A stretch of DNA of 64,000 nucleotides. Origin: Lama guanicoe (Eukaryota). The stretch spans positions 6,484,270 to 6,548,269 of the forward strand of contig MU054212.1 in NCBI GenBank assembly GCA_013239625.1, written 5' to 3'. A program made the translations under genes and the position numbers. Shown here piece after piece: positions 51,230 to 64,000 of the stretch (its first letter is position 1; the number at the start of each line of letters is the position of its first letter). Under the pieces are notes generated by a model. That model had not been told where the DNA came from, made no database searches, and saw only the letters and a program-made list of their open reading frames with translations.

Positions 51230-51765
51230 GATCTTGTGATTTTTGAACTAGATCAAGTTTCCAGGCTGTTTAGAACTTTTCGGATACAAATTCAACCATC
51301 CGGTATGTCACCTGTTTCTCCCAGCTTTGTACCGTTTGCAAATATAACAATTATGCCATTGATGCTTTCATCCTGATAATTGACTGAAAACCTGGAGAGG
51401 ACAGGGTTTGAGGACAAAGCTCTCCAAGCCTAATTTCCTGTAGGTTGACAGCAATTAATTAATGGGGAGATGGGAGGAAAACAACTTTTATGGAACATCT
51501 ACCATGTATATACTATTACAAATGATTCCTTGCATGTATTACCACATTTAATCTTTAATCATGCTAGCAAGTACTGAATTTGATTTCTGATTCTACATCT
51601 AACTCCATGCTCTTACTAGTAAACCATTTCGATGTTCTTTACTTGGTTTTTCAACCTCCTACCAGTCTGCCAAACTGTGATTTCTTCCAACCCACATACT
51701 GCATCTTGTCCATGAGGACACCAAGACAGATCTTATTAAATGTGGCTGAAACTCAAATACACTGC
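51230..51765 (-). mobile_element. L3/CR1 LINE fragment (interrupted at about 51465-51640)
   Basis: tcccagctttgtaccgtttgcaaat...ttcatcc...aggacaggg; cccacatactgcatcttgtcca. Confidence 0.75.
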
Positions 51766-52027
51766 GTGATTTGAGTCATATTGAGACTAAGGTAGCATCA
51801 GGTGCGGTGATAAAGGAAGTGGAAGAGGGCAGTCTGAAGTGATCGGGTTTGATTTTTACACCAGGTGGTACCTACATTTGGTTGGTTCCTTTTTGGTAAG
51901 AAATATATTGCGTATGACACTTAAATATTAGAATAAATAGAAATGTGGCTTTTCATAGTTTATGTAGTGTCATGTATCATGTTCTAAATCTTTCCTACAG
52001 TTGCTTATTTGTAAAGTTTGAAAATTT

Positions 52028-52128
52028 GATATGAAAACGAATATATGTATATATACACATGACTGGGACATTGTGCCGTTTACTGGAAATTGACACATTG
52101 TAACTGACTGTACTTCAATAAAAAAAAA
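52028..52128 (+). mobile_element. Camelid-type L1 3' terminal fragment
   Basis: atatgaaaacgaatatatgtat...catgactgggacattgtgc...gaaattgacacattgtaactgactgtacttcaataaaaaa. Confidence 0.9.
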
Positions 52129-52204
52129 TTTTTGATGATCCTATTGTAATGGGAATCCTGTGACATCTGAGGATGTTCTCCTCAGTACTCCCAGCTGTGG
52201 TGAT

Positions 52205-52440
52205 AACAGGAATAATAATAATAATATTTAAATGCTTATTCTGTGTTGGACATTGTGTAGAATGCTTTACGTGTTTTAGGTATCATCTCATTTATTTTGC
52301 ACAATAACCCTTTGAAATGCTTCCTGTTATTACCTCCACTTTATAGATTAGGAAGCAGACTGAGAGGTTAAGTCGTGTGCCCAAGAGCTGTGGTCTGAAC
52401 CCAGGAAGCTGGGCTCCTCCAGCGCCTGTTAACTCCAGTC
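52205..52440 (-). mobile_element. MIR
   Basis: atctcatttattttgcacaataaccct...ccactttatagattaggaagc...gagaggttaagtcgtgtgcccaag. Confidence 0.85.
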
Positions 52441-52442
52441 AC

Positions 52443-52924
52443 TGTAGGGAGAGAATTCTCTAAGGATTGCTTGCATTTCTCTTTGTCTTGTGAGCAGAGG
52501 GCCTGGCTGCCTTGTTCTGAATTATCTTTTCAAGGAGTATAAATAATAAACAGCCTTAGGAGATACAGTGTCCCAGTACAAAATAAAGGCTGCTTTGTTT
52601 ACTGTCCAGTATGTAAGATCATGTCTCTCTCGGGGCCCTAAGTAGGCTTACTGCCCGTTATAAAAGATTGAGATTCCCTAAGCTCAGGATTCCTCTCCTG
52701 TACTGCAGCGCACGGTGTGTGCAGACATTACCTGGCCCTCGTGGCATCACCCTGTGGCAATGAGGGTAGGGTAACTGGTACAAATGCTGTTGCTATTGCT
52801 GTGTGTAATGAAATCCTTTGTCTCTAACCCCAGATTCTCATGTCTTTTTCTACGAAACTGTGGCAGGCTCACTTGTTAGCTTGCAAGTAGGAGATAAATC
52901 TCAGCTCCTTCATAGTTTTTGACT
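52443..52924 (+). mobile_element. LTR40-like ERVL solo LTR
   Basis: tgtagggagagaattctc...gtgagcagagg...aggcttactgcccgttataaaagatt...gaaactgtggcaggctcacttgttagcttgcaagtagg. Confidence 0.8.
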
Positions 52925-53966
52925 CCCTCTATCTCAAGAGTGTATGATTATCTCATCTCCTAGTCCAGCAACACTATACAAAAATATGTGACGTGCTAAG
53001 AGAGAGCTAGTTGCCTTCTGATGAGCCAAACATCTTTGGTGATGCACTTCCAGGGCGTATACCCATGGTGGTGGCTTGTGTTCTCCCTCTCTTAGATAAC
53101 AAATACAATGTATGAGAATCTGACTCTCCTTAGGTAGCCAAAAAATGTAGTTCTGATTAAGAATATCTTGAAGCAGAGCTTCCAATTTTAGATTGTAAAA
53201 TAGAAGGGCACTTTCCTGGGTTGCCTTGGTTGGTGCCCTTAAGGGATGCGGGCTCATCTTTGATGGGAAAAATAAACAGAAATCAGTCTGGGTTTGCTGT
53301 GATTGTAGCACTTGGCTCTGTATACATCAACGGCAGAACAACCTCGTGTCAAGAGGTTCAGGATTTCAGGAAAAGAGCCATTCTGGAATAAATAACCCCT
53401 GTTTGAGACGACTTAGAAATTTATCAGAGAAGCTATGCTTTTAGTTTGTTCAGAAAAGCGATCCTTAGCATGATCACAAAGGATGATTATTTTATTTTAT
53501 ATACAACAATTCTGAATGCTGTGCATTTTCAGAATTTGGGGTGGAAGAATGTGAGTTTTCAATCGTTTTCAGCAGATTTTAAGAAGGTTGCATTGCAACC
53601 TAAGTTGTATGCAAGAGACATGCACTTGAAAGGTTGAAATCCAAAGGTTTTATTCAAACTATTTAAAATTTCATGCACGTATCTCATCTCTCCCTAAATT
53701 TTCTGCTTAGCAGCTCAGGCACAGGGCTTACTCAGGACACTGTGTAAAAAAGAGCCAAAATATGCGGGCTCCCGGGCAGGGTCTGGTCAGTGGCCCACTG
53801 GAGCGCAGATTTCAAATACGGGTACATGGATTTCCTTCTTTTTAATTTTGCAATTGAATTAATGGTGACGGACGCAGAGAGCAAGCTGGTAGATGGCTTG
53901 GAGTAACGACAGCAGTGGCCGCAGCTGGGCCAGCCCTGGCTGATACGGGGTAGGCTCCCCGTAGAC

Positions 53967-54136
53967 CCGTGCTTCTCGAGCTAGCGAGCGTCGGGATCTC
54001 CTGGACGGCTTGCTGTTCTGGCCTCACAACCCACCCCTAGAGTGTCTGGAGTGGGCCTGAGAACTCGCGCTTCTAATTATTCCTGAGCAATGCTGATCCT
54101 GCTGCTGGTTTGAGGAACACGCTTTGAGAACAGCTG
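53967..54136. mobile_element. MER5A-family MITE
   Basis: ccgtgcttctc...ctttgagaacagctg; 8-bp TSD ccgtagac/ccctagac. Confidence 0.8.
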
Positions 54137-55224
54137 CCCTAGACCTAAGGGACACGCGGTACCTGTGGCCTAAGATGGGGAGCTCGTGGGACACGCCAGT
54201 ATTTAGGCTCTTTTTTCATATTTGCCTTAGAAAAGATATAAACTTAGGTTTCCCAGGCCACCCTCCTGCCACTTCTGCTGATTTTTGTTTTCTATTATGT
54301 TTCTCTTTTACGTAAGTCAGAGTGAAATCCGGCCATAACATATACTGAACTCGGCGGCAGTCTTTCACTCGTTTTGTCTGTTTTCCTTCCATCACCTTCT
54401 TCCTTCACGTGTGAGGCCACGCCCACTCATCATTAGCCTATTTTTCTGGACAAAATAAATGTGTGCTGTGCAGACCTCTTCTAAACTGCAAAAAGGTGAC
54501 CACTTAAATTCCTTCTGGAGTGAGAAGGAAACAGTTGGGTTTCTGAGGGTTGACCATTGACGAATTACATACCCATTAAGGCCAAGACTCCATCTGGATT
54601 TGTACTTTTAAGAAATGCTTGCTTTTTATATAATAACAGTCTTTTCCTGGGTTGTTGTACGTTTTCCTCATCATATGTCCTTTTGTCAGTTTATTCATCC
54701 CAATGTAGCCAGATCTGTTGCATTTGAAATTTGTCATATGCGGTTTAGTATATATATTATTAATATAAACAGATGAGTGGCCTTTGTTGGATAGCCTGGC
54801 GTGACAAACAGGGTTTATGCTTTTGGTCAATTAATGGTTATATAGTGGCTGCTCAGAGCCCTAGATTGAGATGAACTGATGGTGCTTGAGCTTGGTGGGG
54901 AAGACCACTATCATGGGGTATGTCCATGTTGGGGCTCATAGTGGCACGTGTGTGCATGTGAGTCCCGCAGCGGTGGGCTCTGGCCTGTTGCTTCAATGTC
55001 ATATGCAAATAGGATAGATCAAGCCATTGGATATGGAAATGTCAAAATGTCTTAAAACCAATATAGGAATTAGAGGAACTTCTGTTTTTCTAAGCCTTGT
55101 TTCCTTAAGGTGCAAAGTAGGGATAGTAATATCTATTTGGTAGATGACATTGTTCATCTAGAAGAGAGCTTCACAAAAGAAAAGTATTGCAATGGAAAAG
55201 AGGGATATTGGAGAAACTGGCTGG

Positions 55225-55425
55225 AAGGCAGTGTAGTGAGGGAACGAGAGAGCCAGCGTAGGTCAAACCCTACCTTTTCACTTACCTGTCCGTTTGCTTA
55301 GTCTTGCTGAGTTTTAATTTCCTAATCTGTGAAATAGTTGTAAAATGCCTACTTTGCAGGGTTTTGATAATTAGATGAGTTAATACATGTTAAGAGCATG
55401 GCTCATAATAGGCATTCAATGAAGG
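55225..55425 (+). mobile_element. MIR
   Basis: tttcctaatctgtgaaatag...cctactttgcaggg...attagatgagttaatacatgt. Confidence 0.75.
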
Positions 55426-55559
55426 AGGCCATTATAAATGAACTGTTGGTATTTAGGATGGAAGATCTGGAAGAACCATTGTTAAAAATATTAGAAGATG
55501 GACAAGAGGATACATATTTTCTGTGCGATAAGTGGGCTAGGGCCAAAGGGTAACAATTG

Positions 55560-55770
55560 TGCAAGGGAGAAAGAATTATACTGAATACAAGGGTGAACCT
55601 TCCAAGGAGGAAACCTAGGTAGACAGTGGAATGGGTTTCTGGGTGAGGCAGTGAGTTACCTAACCTGGAAAATATTCAGAGAGAAGCTGCATAGCTTTGG
55701 TCAGTTTGTGTAAAATGACTCCCACTTTAGATGGGAGGTTGGTGTCTATGATACCAGTTATACTGTGAAT
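55560..55770 (+). mobile_element. L3/CR1 3' fragment
   Basis: gtggaatggg...gaggcagtgagttacc...ctggaaaatattca...gggaggttgg. Confidence 0.6.
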
Positions 55771-58042
55771 TCATCCCTGTACCTTTTGGAAAATCACCCT
55801 CTCTGCTCAAATTTTGCATTATCCCTCATGTTCACTCTGGTATTCCAAAGGATTTAGATTCCCATAAGGACCCATGGGATTTAAGAGATTTCCATAAGGA
55901 AGAACTCATCCGTCTCAGTGTTTAAAAACCAGCGAACAAAATGAGACAACAGATACCCATTTCTTTTCTTTGTTTTGAAAAGAGTAATAGGTACTTTGCT
56001 TATCCAAGGGTTCAAATGTTGAATACACCCATTTAAGCAGTCTAAGGTTGACACTGCTAACAAGAGGACATTCTGAAAAAGCACATCAGGACATGGCAAT
56101 TGAGTCCGGCAGCCCCAGGAAGAAGCACATTACTGTGGCTGGCTGTTTCTGGTACAGTGATCAGCAGTGAAATGATTAACAGTGTTGGCATTTAAGTGAT
56201 CATAATTAGGTTTCAAAGTTAACAGCCCATTGAGATAAATAGCGGAAGTTCACACCTCTCTCAGTGCTATTGTTTATCAGACTGTCAACTGGCAGATTCA
56301 GGAAGACAACATTAATGTGGCTTTGGACACTAATTGCCCAAAGCCAAGTTACATCCACCTGGAAGGGTCCTTTGGGTATTGGTTCAACTAAAATGTCAGA
56401 GGATATGTAGTGCTGGGGTTCTGCCTTGCGTCGCCGCATACAACATCGCACGGATTTGTCGATGCAAAGAAGGCAGATGATACGAGAATCTGTTGTAGTG
56501 TTTGGGAGGAATCTCCTGATTCAGTGGCATATTTGCCTCAGTTTCTCCTCTCCATTGGCCATGAAACTGCTCACTTGGACAAAATGATTTCTGAGAGAAA
56601 TTTAACGGTTTAAACAATAACAACAGCAAAACCCTTTGCTCACATGAATTAGATTTCATAACCCACATGACTGTCCTAAAGGAGTTACAGGCACATTCCA
56701 TCAATAGAAGAGCACGGTGAGCGTAATTAAATTAATTTTCATAGAATTCTGAACTATTTGTTCACAATTAAGCCTTCACGCATGGTTGTATGCTGCCTAG
56801 GTCTCAGTGAGGGTGGAGATCGTATGGTTTCAGTTTGCAAAGTATGGATTTTCTTTTTCAAAAGACATTCAATAATTAAAGGCGGGGAAAGTAGGGGAAA
56901 AGAACCCTTAAGCCTTACAGAAGAATAGCAGTGGTCGTCTTTTCATGAAATAAAGTTCCTTAAAAAGAACAAAGTCATTGGTAGCTCATTGTCATCATCC
57001 ACATGAAACAATTATTGAACGTGGTTTAAAAAAATTTACACCATCCAATAAAGTTAAGGAAAACTGAAGTTTAGGACTTCCAACTTCTTATCATTTCACC
57101 GTGAGCAGAGTTTTTCTTTTGCTTTGTTTCTTTCTTTTTTTTTTCCCATCCCTCTCCTGAGTTTAATCAATGGATCACGGCATTCCCTTTAACTCTGAGC
57201 GCTACCAGGGGACTTGGCAATGACCAAAGAGACAATGAGGGGGCCCGAGGCGTGAAAAGGCAGAAGAAGAGAAAAGAGAGGTAGAAAAGCAGAGTGGAAC
57301 AGACGCCCAGGACCTAGCATGTAGGGGAAGGGATTAAAAGGAGATACACTGGGGGGTGGGGAGGGGTCGTCAGCTACCTCAGGTGCTGGGACCAGTATTT
57401 TCTTACATCTCGTTAGAAACAGATGTCTAGCTTCTGCTGCTTTGAAGGAGCTCTGCCTTGGGAAGCTTTTCATGGAAAGAATTACACCAGGAAGAAATGG
57501 CTCTAATCTTTCTGAAGGAACAGGAGGTGTTTTTATTTATTACTATTTTCCTACTGGTAAACTCTGAGGTTCTCAGGCTACTCAGTAGAGGCTGTTGACA
57601 CAGACAGCTGACTCAGGGCGGATGGTACCAGGGACCCAGACAGTCAAGGGAATCCGTCATCTAGTGACTGGGGAAGGATCATGCTTTATTGAGGGGTAAA
57701 TAGGAGTAGACGATGAACTCCCTGAGGCCAGGTGCTGTGCCTTATTAATTTTAATATCCTCAGTCTAAGCTCAATGCCTGGTACACAGACTTTTTTTAAA
57801 GGGTAAATGCAGAATTTATGACTGATGCTTAAAAATACATGAATCCTCATCCTTTGTTAGGACAGATGAAAAGCCACTGGGTCATTAGTATACTCATAAT
57901 TTTCACATCACACATTAAAAAATAATTTACATTTTTCAAAATGCTTCCACAGTTCTTTTGGACCCTGCTGAACTTCTTATAATCTGAATGCTTGTCAGGG
58001 TCAAGGGCGGGAAAGAGGATGCACCCGTAACATAAACCATGA

Positions 58043-58380
58043 TGTGAAGGTCAATTTTATGTATCAGCTTGGCTAGGGTACAGTCAGTTATTCAACCAAA
58101 CATGAATCTGGTGTTGCTGTGAAGGTATTTTGTAGCTGTGACTAAAATACATCATCGGTTACTTCAAGTATGAAAGAGTATTTTGTATAATCTGGGTGGG
58201 CATGAGCCAATCAGGCTTTAAATGAAAAACAGGCTTCCCCAAGGAAGATCTCTCTTCATGGATAGTAGCTTCAGCTTTTGCCTGAGCGCTCCAGCCTCCC
58301 TTCCTGATGGCCCCACAGATTTCCGACTTGCATCATCAGCCTTCACATTCTTAAGCCAATTGCTTTCAATAAATGTCTTT
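58043..58380 (+). mobile_element. MLT2D-like ERVL LTR
   Basis: tgtgaaggtcaattttatgtatcagcttggctagg...tgttgctgtgaaggtattttgtag...ataatctgggtgggc...agccaattgctttcaataaat. Confidence 0.85.
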
Positions 58381-58399
58381 CTTAAAAATAAGAGCTTAC

Positions 58400-58830
58400 A
58401 CAGATGTTTCTCAACTTATGAGAATTTGAGGAGGGTTTATTTATAATTGAAGAATTTACAAAATAGTGTATGAGGGTAAAGGAGCTCAAGGAATAGTGCA
58501 GTTACTAGAAATCAGTATCTTTGAGACACATTACCTCTAGATTCAATGGTCTAGGTGTGGGAAAAATTAGTGCGAGGAAAGATTTCTGTTGAAAAGGCCT
58601 CCTTGAGTGTTCTTCAGGGTAATCTTTCAAGGATGTAGCCAAGGGAGTAAACATCTTGCCTTCACTCTCATCACCCTATGATCAACTGGGGTTTCTCATT
58701 GACTGACCCAAATGGAAACCAGTGGTCAAGAATCTTTGGATGGACTCCACAAAGATCAACCTTCCAATATGGAGAATGGGAGGAGAAGGCTGAAGAGTAT
58801 ATCTGCAAAGGCCAAAGAGCTATCATGTCC
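58400..58830 (-). mobile_element. LTR67B-like ERVL LTR
   Basis: aatttgaggagggttta...tctcattgactgacccaaatggaaaccagtggtcaag...gaagagtatatctg. Confidence 0.6.
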
Positions 58831-59019
58831 ATTTTTAATGTCTAATTTAATTATATTTTAGAATTGTTAACTACACCTTGTTAGAAAAATATTGCTTGCT
58901 TAATATTTAATTAATTGTATTTCTGTACATTCCAGCAAAATATTAAAGCAACTATCTAGGGTCCATCAAATAACAAATAAAGCTGAAATTCATTTCTTCA
59001 GAAACTACAAAAAAAAAAA

Positions 59020-59680
59020 GAGCTTTATTGAGATATAATTTACATACCACAAAATTAACCCATTCAAACTATACAGTTCAATGGTTTGTGATGATTGCAT
59101 TATTACTTTTAAAAAATTGTGGTAAAATATATAAATAACATGAAATTTGCTGTTTTAACCATTTTAAGTGAATAATTTAGTAATTTAGTGGCATTAATTA
59201 CATTCACAGTGTTGTGCAACCAACATCACTATTTCCAAAATTTTTTCATCATACCAAACAGAAACTCTAAACCTGAATCGATAACTCCTTGTTACCTCCT
59301 CCTTCCCAGCCCTGGGTAACCTCTCATCTATTTTCTGTCTCTATGAATTTGCCTATTCTAGATATTTCACATAGTGGAATCACACAACATTTATCATTTT
59401 GTATCTGGCTTATTTCACTTAGCATGAATTTCAAAGTTCATCTGTGTTGTAGCATGTGTCAGTCCTTCACTCCTTTTTATGGCTGAATAATATTCCATTG
59501 TATGTATGTACTACATTTTGTTTATCTGTTCATCAGTGGATGGACACTTGGGTTGTTTCCATCTTTTGGCTTTGTGAATAATGCTGCAATTAATATTGAC
59601 ACACAAGTATCTGTTAAAGTCCCTACTTTCAATTCCTTTGGGTGTATACTGAGGGTCATATGGCAATTCTATGCAATCTA
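59020..59680 (-). mobile_element. L1MB-type 3' ends (short 59020-59095 piece plus L1MB1/2-like copy)
   Basis: gctttattgagatataatttacatacc; ttgtggtaaaatatata...tggcttatttcacttagcat...ggacacttgggttgtttcca. Confidence 0.88.
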
Positions 59681-59849
59681 ACTATCTATTTATCTGTCTA
59701 TCTATCATCTATCTCTTCTACTAGTTCTCCTTCTCTGGTTGAACCTTGGCTGATACAAAGGCATGTGCTGGGGGGAAAAGAGAGAAAGGAGAACATGACA
59801 TATTTGCAGAACTATGGGCATATTTGCTATATTTGCTCCAGTTGACATA

Positions 59850-60320
59850 TATGTTTTTAGATATAATGGATACAGTTAAAGCTCTTGCAATCCCATTCTT
59901 CCCTCCCCCAACTCCCACCCCTCCTCTCCTAGAGTAAAGAACATTCTGCAGCTGGAAGGCACCCTTCTGATCCATGTTCATACATTCTCAATATGTGTAA
60001 ATGAACGGAAACTGCTGAGTATTATATTTTGAGTTTTAGAAATTTACATAAATTCCATTAATATTTTATCTTTTCATAACTTTCCTTTTTCACTACTATA
60101 ATGTCTAATGACATTCATACAAATTTCTACATGCAAATATAGTTCATTTATTTTAACTTCTGAATAGCATTTCATTGTAAAAATGCACCATTATTTTTCA
60201 TACTTTTCCTTATTGGTTCTAATTTTTCACTATTTCAAATAGTGCAAAATGGATCCTTTTGCATGTTTCCTTACAAAAATGTATAAAATTTTAGGATATA
60301 ATTAAGAATGGAATCTCTCT
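59850..60320 (-). mobile_element. L1ME-type remnant
   Basis: ttccttttttcact...atagttcatttattttaacttctgaatagcatttcattgt. Confidence 0.65.
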
Positions 60321-60688
60321 CTTTTATCTGTGTCTAATATGATGTTTATGACAGTCATTGACTTTTTAGGTCCAAAACTACTTTTTTTTGAGAAGTTTTA
60401 TTTGGCTCTTTTTTCAAATTCTCCTTTCTTTACTTTATGTATTTTCCTATCCAATCATTATGCTATTTCCTCCACTCCATGTAAAGGCAGTGGTATGAAA
60501 AAGGGAAGATATTTAAGAAAAGAAAGAAAGTAGTATTGGCAGGACTTGGTAACTGACTAATCCTAGGAAGTAAAGAAGAAAGAAGAATAAAAGATGAAAC
60601 TATTATCAACAATGAATATTTCCTGAGTAGGTAGCTTGTGTTGAGCACTGGGCTAAGCCATTATAGATGTGAACTCATTCATCCTCAT

Positions 60689-60795
60689 GCAGTAAAAGAT
60701 TTGGCCCTTGACAGCTTCTGGGGCTGTTAAGAGTATCTTTGTTTATTGAGAGACCCTGGGCCAGATAGTCTCTGCTAGCATGTGATTTATGAAGT
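60689..60795 (+). mobile_element. MER21-group LTR 5' fragment
   Basis: tgcagtaaaagatttggcc...gagtatctttgtttatt...cagatagtctctgctagcatgtgatttatg. Confidence 0.55.
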
Positions 60796-60799
60796 ATTT

Positions 60800-60928
60800 G
60801 TACCCCATTTTAACTTAATTACCTCTCGAAAGGCCCTACTTCTAAATATAGTCATATTCTGAGGTACTGGGGTGGAGGCTTATGATTTCAATATGTGAGT
60901 TTTGGGGGGACACAATTCAGCTTATAAC
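60800..60928 (-). mobile_element. MLT1A/B-like LTR fragment
   Basis: aacttaattacctc...atagtcatattctgaggtactgggg...ggggggacacaattcagcttataaca. Confidence 0.85.
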
Positions 60929-63569
60929 AAAAAGTATACAATATTGAAACAATATTGCATATAATTTTTGGAAGAAGAATTGAGAAAAACCTATGGAACA
61001 CATTTAGTACAGTACCTGGGACTTAGTAACTCCTAAATAAATAGCCTAGATGAGAAGAAAGCCCACAGGATTGTAAAGGATGTGTATGCCTTTGTTCTAA
61101 AAGGAAGTAAAGAGGAAAACCCAAAGTTCACTTTCTGAGTCATTTCTCCTAGAACACAGTACCTGACCAACCCCCTTGCCTACGGTGGGTCTCCTCTGAG
61201 CTCTGGTTCTGTCTACTTCCATCATGTTACTCCTTTCATGATGGTTTTCCCCCTTGACCATGAAACCTTCAAAGTCAGAGATCATGTCTGTCTTGTCTGT
61301 ATCATCAGGGGAGGAGCAGGACAAACTACACATATTTATTGAATAAATGAGTGACTCTCAACATTTTTCTGAGATAATGCAGTAACATTTCTTTCCCCAC
61401 ATTTTTACAGCAGAGGTGTACGTAAAATAAGTAAGGATTTAAGAAAACTTAAAGTATCGCTTTGATTCACAGGTAATTTGAGTCTGCTTTTATTCAATGA
61501 AGTTGCGGTATAAGATTCCCCCTTTGAGTAAAGGAGAACCTGATACATTTGCATGGCACTCAATCCACGCACAATTTTGCTTTCTTAATATTTAGCTAGC
61601 TTTCTCTTTCTTTCTCCCCACTGCCCTGGAGCAAATGCTGAATTTTAATTTTATAATTTTTCATCTAAAATTTTAGCTATAGCCTTTCCACAGTTAAGGA
61701 TATATAGCTCCCCTCCAACCCAAAAAAGAGAAACATCAAAACTCAAAACACGCTTTATATAAATTTGCCTTCTCGACTTCTGCACCTGAGTTCAATGAGG
61801 CTCAGAAGAACGTTTGCAATTTGGTTAATGTTTTCCTCCTCACACAGAATTTTAATTTGGAATTGTATTGCTGAAAAGGTGGTACAATTTAGGAGGCTGA
61901 CAATTTAGGAGGCCATTTCAGAGGATGCCTTCTCTATTAAGGGTAGTAGGAGGGCTTCTTCTGGGGGATGAACTGGGCCAAAAGTTCACCAAGGTCAGAG
62001 AGCAACAAATGTCCTTGACACTGAAAAGGTCCGTTTGGAAATCTGAGAAGTATTCAGAGCCCCATTGTTGTTTTTAATGCTGTTAATGGGAGACAGAATG
62101 CTAATTAGTCAGATTAACTAAGTAGCTGAGTCATGCTGTAACCCTTCTTAAAAAAGAAGTGCCCATTTTGAGATGCTAAATGAGCCCATAAAGGCAGCCA
62201 AGCGTACCATTCCTGAAAGATTAGAAAGAGCACCGATGAGGCTGTTAAGGTAGCTCGTGAATTAAGTTTTGTGTGTGTATCTGTATCTATATACACGTAT
62301 CTATCTGTCTGTGGGGGAGTCAGTTTTCATCTAGGGGTTGTTCTAATAAGCACTTAAATAAATCCTGTCATAGACTTAGATTTCCAAGATATTTAATCAA
62401 TGTATTCTTAAGGGAAAAAAAAAATCTCAATTTTTATTTGGAAAAAAATTCTAAAGCTTAAGAAACAATTTTCCTGAAAACCGTGGTTTTTGCATTATCA
62501 GTAGAGGGGCCAGAATGGTGGAGGCAAGTTCTGAGACAGATAGATAGAGCAATAAGATATGAGAATTGCTGGATTCAGCCACACTTGGGAAGGGTGTCCT
62601 CGCTAGATTTCTTAGGCTTTTGTCAGAGAATCTAATTTCTGAGCTACTTACCTGCTGGTTTTACAGCCTTTTGCCCCCTTCTCCGTTGGTTTAGTGATTA
62701 CCCAAATAGAAGGTTTTGATCCAGAGTTCCTTCTAGACGTGTTGGTGGACAGCCCAGAATGGTGTTTGTTCTTCACATCTGAGATTGTATTTCAGTTTCT
62801 CCCACTCCCAGCACAGTAGGATCATTAACAGGAAAATCAATGCAGGGTAACTGGTGCCCACTGACTGCAAACAAAATACACAGCAGAACTTACGAGTGTA
62901 GCTCTGATAGGAAGACCAAGCCCTCAGGCCCTGTCAGTTCTCCCAGCACGCCGACCAGCAGTACTGAGAAACCAGCCTCTTCTGCTTCGGATGCTCCAGG
63001 TTAAGGCTGTGATTACAAAATGCATGTCTTCCTTTCTCCATCCATTATCTTTAACGCCCTCTTAGGAAAGGAAGTACTTTCATTTTATCAAAAGCAAGTA
63101 AGAGAAGAAAAAAAAAATCATGGAGCTGAGATGGGCTAGTTTTGGTGAGTAAGATGGTGCTGTGTGCCGTGGGGAGGTGTCTTCATGATGGTAAGCCCAG
63201 GAGACAGCCTGTGTTTGGTGTCACTGCGCTGACTTGGCGTGGCTCCGAGCAACTTCAGGTTTCTTCTGACGGGGCGAAAAGAATGCCTGGAGAGGGATAC
63301 GCCCTCACTGGCACAACTGGAGGTGAAAAAACCAAACCTATTTGGCTTATTATACTATGTACTTGTACATGCCATTTGGATTCTATTTAGGGTTTCCTGG
63401 GGTTCACACAATATTATTTTGAGTAAAGGAATGAGAGACTCAAGTTTTAGAAAGACCATTCTGGTGGCCAGCAGAGCAAAGAGAAGCAGGGAGCGCAGAG
63501 GGAGAGAGACCAGTGGGGACGGGGGTGATGTCACACTGCTTAGGGACTCTGTCCAGGTGCCTGCTGTTA

Positions 63570-63740
63570 CTTAAAGGGTGATGCCCCTTCCCCCTACCGC
63601 AGCACAGACATCACCTGAGAGCTTGTCGGAAGTGCAAATCCACAGACCCTGCCTGACTAGTGTGTCCAAATCTCTGGGGCTGGGGTCCAGGAAAGTCTTC
63701 AGCCCCTCCTTAGTAGATTCTTAGGACACTGATGGAAACA
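63570..63740. mobile_element. MER5-family MITE (MER5B-like)
   Basis: catcacctgagagcttgt...tgcaaatcc...aaatctctggggctggggtccaggaa. Confidence 0.7.
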
Positions 63741-64000
63741 ATACCATGGGGGTATCGTCTGCCACATTCTCCTTTGGACACCTGCACGTACACCTGGATC
63801 CACCCTTGCGTTCCTACCTGCACGCGTGTACTCTGCAGGGTTAACTTTCCATCCCAATGCAACCAGGGAATGCCTCTCAGCGACCAGGGTTCCACTTGGA
63901 AAACCACAACTTCCAGGGAATAAATCAGGCTACCTGAGAATACTTTAGTTCTCTTTACTTGAGAGGAGTGTTTCATCAGCTTCGATTCATCCAAGGATCT

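Noticed and set aside
53760..54200. CpG-enriched patch as a CpG-island promoter
   Set aside because: Short, interrupted by AT-rich sequence and partly a MER5A element; no initiator or first-exon support
1..64000. CRISPR array, operon, defence island or intact ERV/transposase
   Set aside because: No regularly spaced direct repeats, no long ORFs, only solo LTRs and MITEs; the repeat content is plainly mammalian

Overview
Mammalian non-coding genomic DNA, not prokaryotic. It is almost certainly from a camelid (camel or alpaca/llama): three tRNA-Ala-derived Vic-1-type SINEs and several short camelid-type L1 3' ends with target-site duplications are present. Roughly half the window is interspersed repeat (L1, L2, L3/CR1, MIR, MaLR and ERVL LTRs, MER5, MER82, MER91). 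I recognise no protein-coding gene, RNA gene, CRISPR array or CpG-island promoter, and the six-frame ORFs look like background. The most informative non-repeat signal is a divergent set of CTCF motifs: two reverse sites with the upstream U module at 19.2 and 20.2 kb, then forward sites at 36.2 and 43.4 kb, a pattern typical of a chromatin-domain boundary. Also noted: several repeat-free, homeodomain-motif-rich blocks that look like conserved enhancers, a candidate recursive splice site, a phase-compatible three-exon chain with a premature stop, an oddly inverted L1 and a possible L1 3' transduction. Repeat subfamily names come from remembered consensus sequences and boundaries are approximate (tens of bp) unless a TSD is quoted. 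I found no evidence of a genuinely new multi-gene system.
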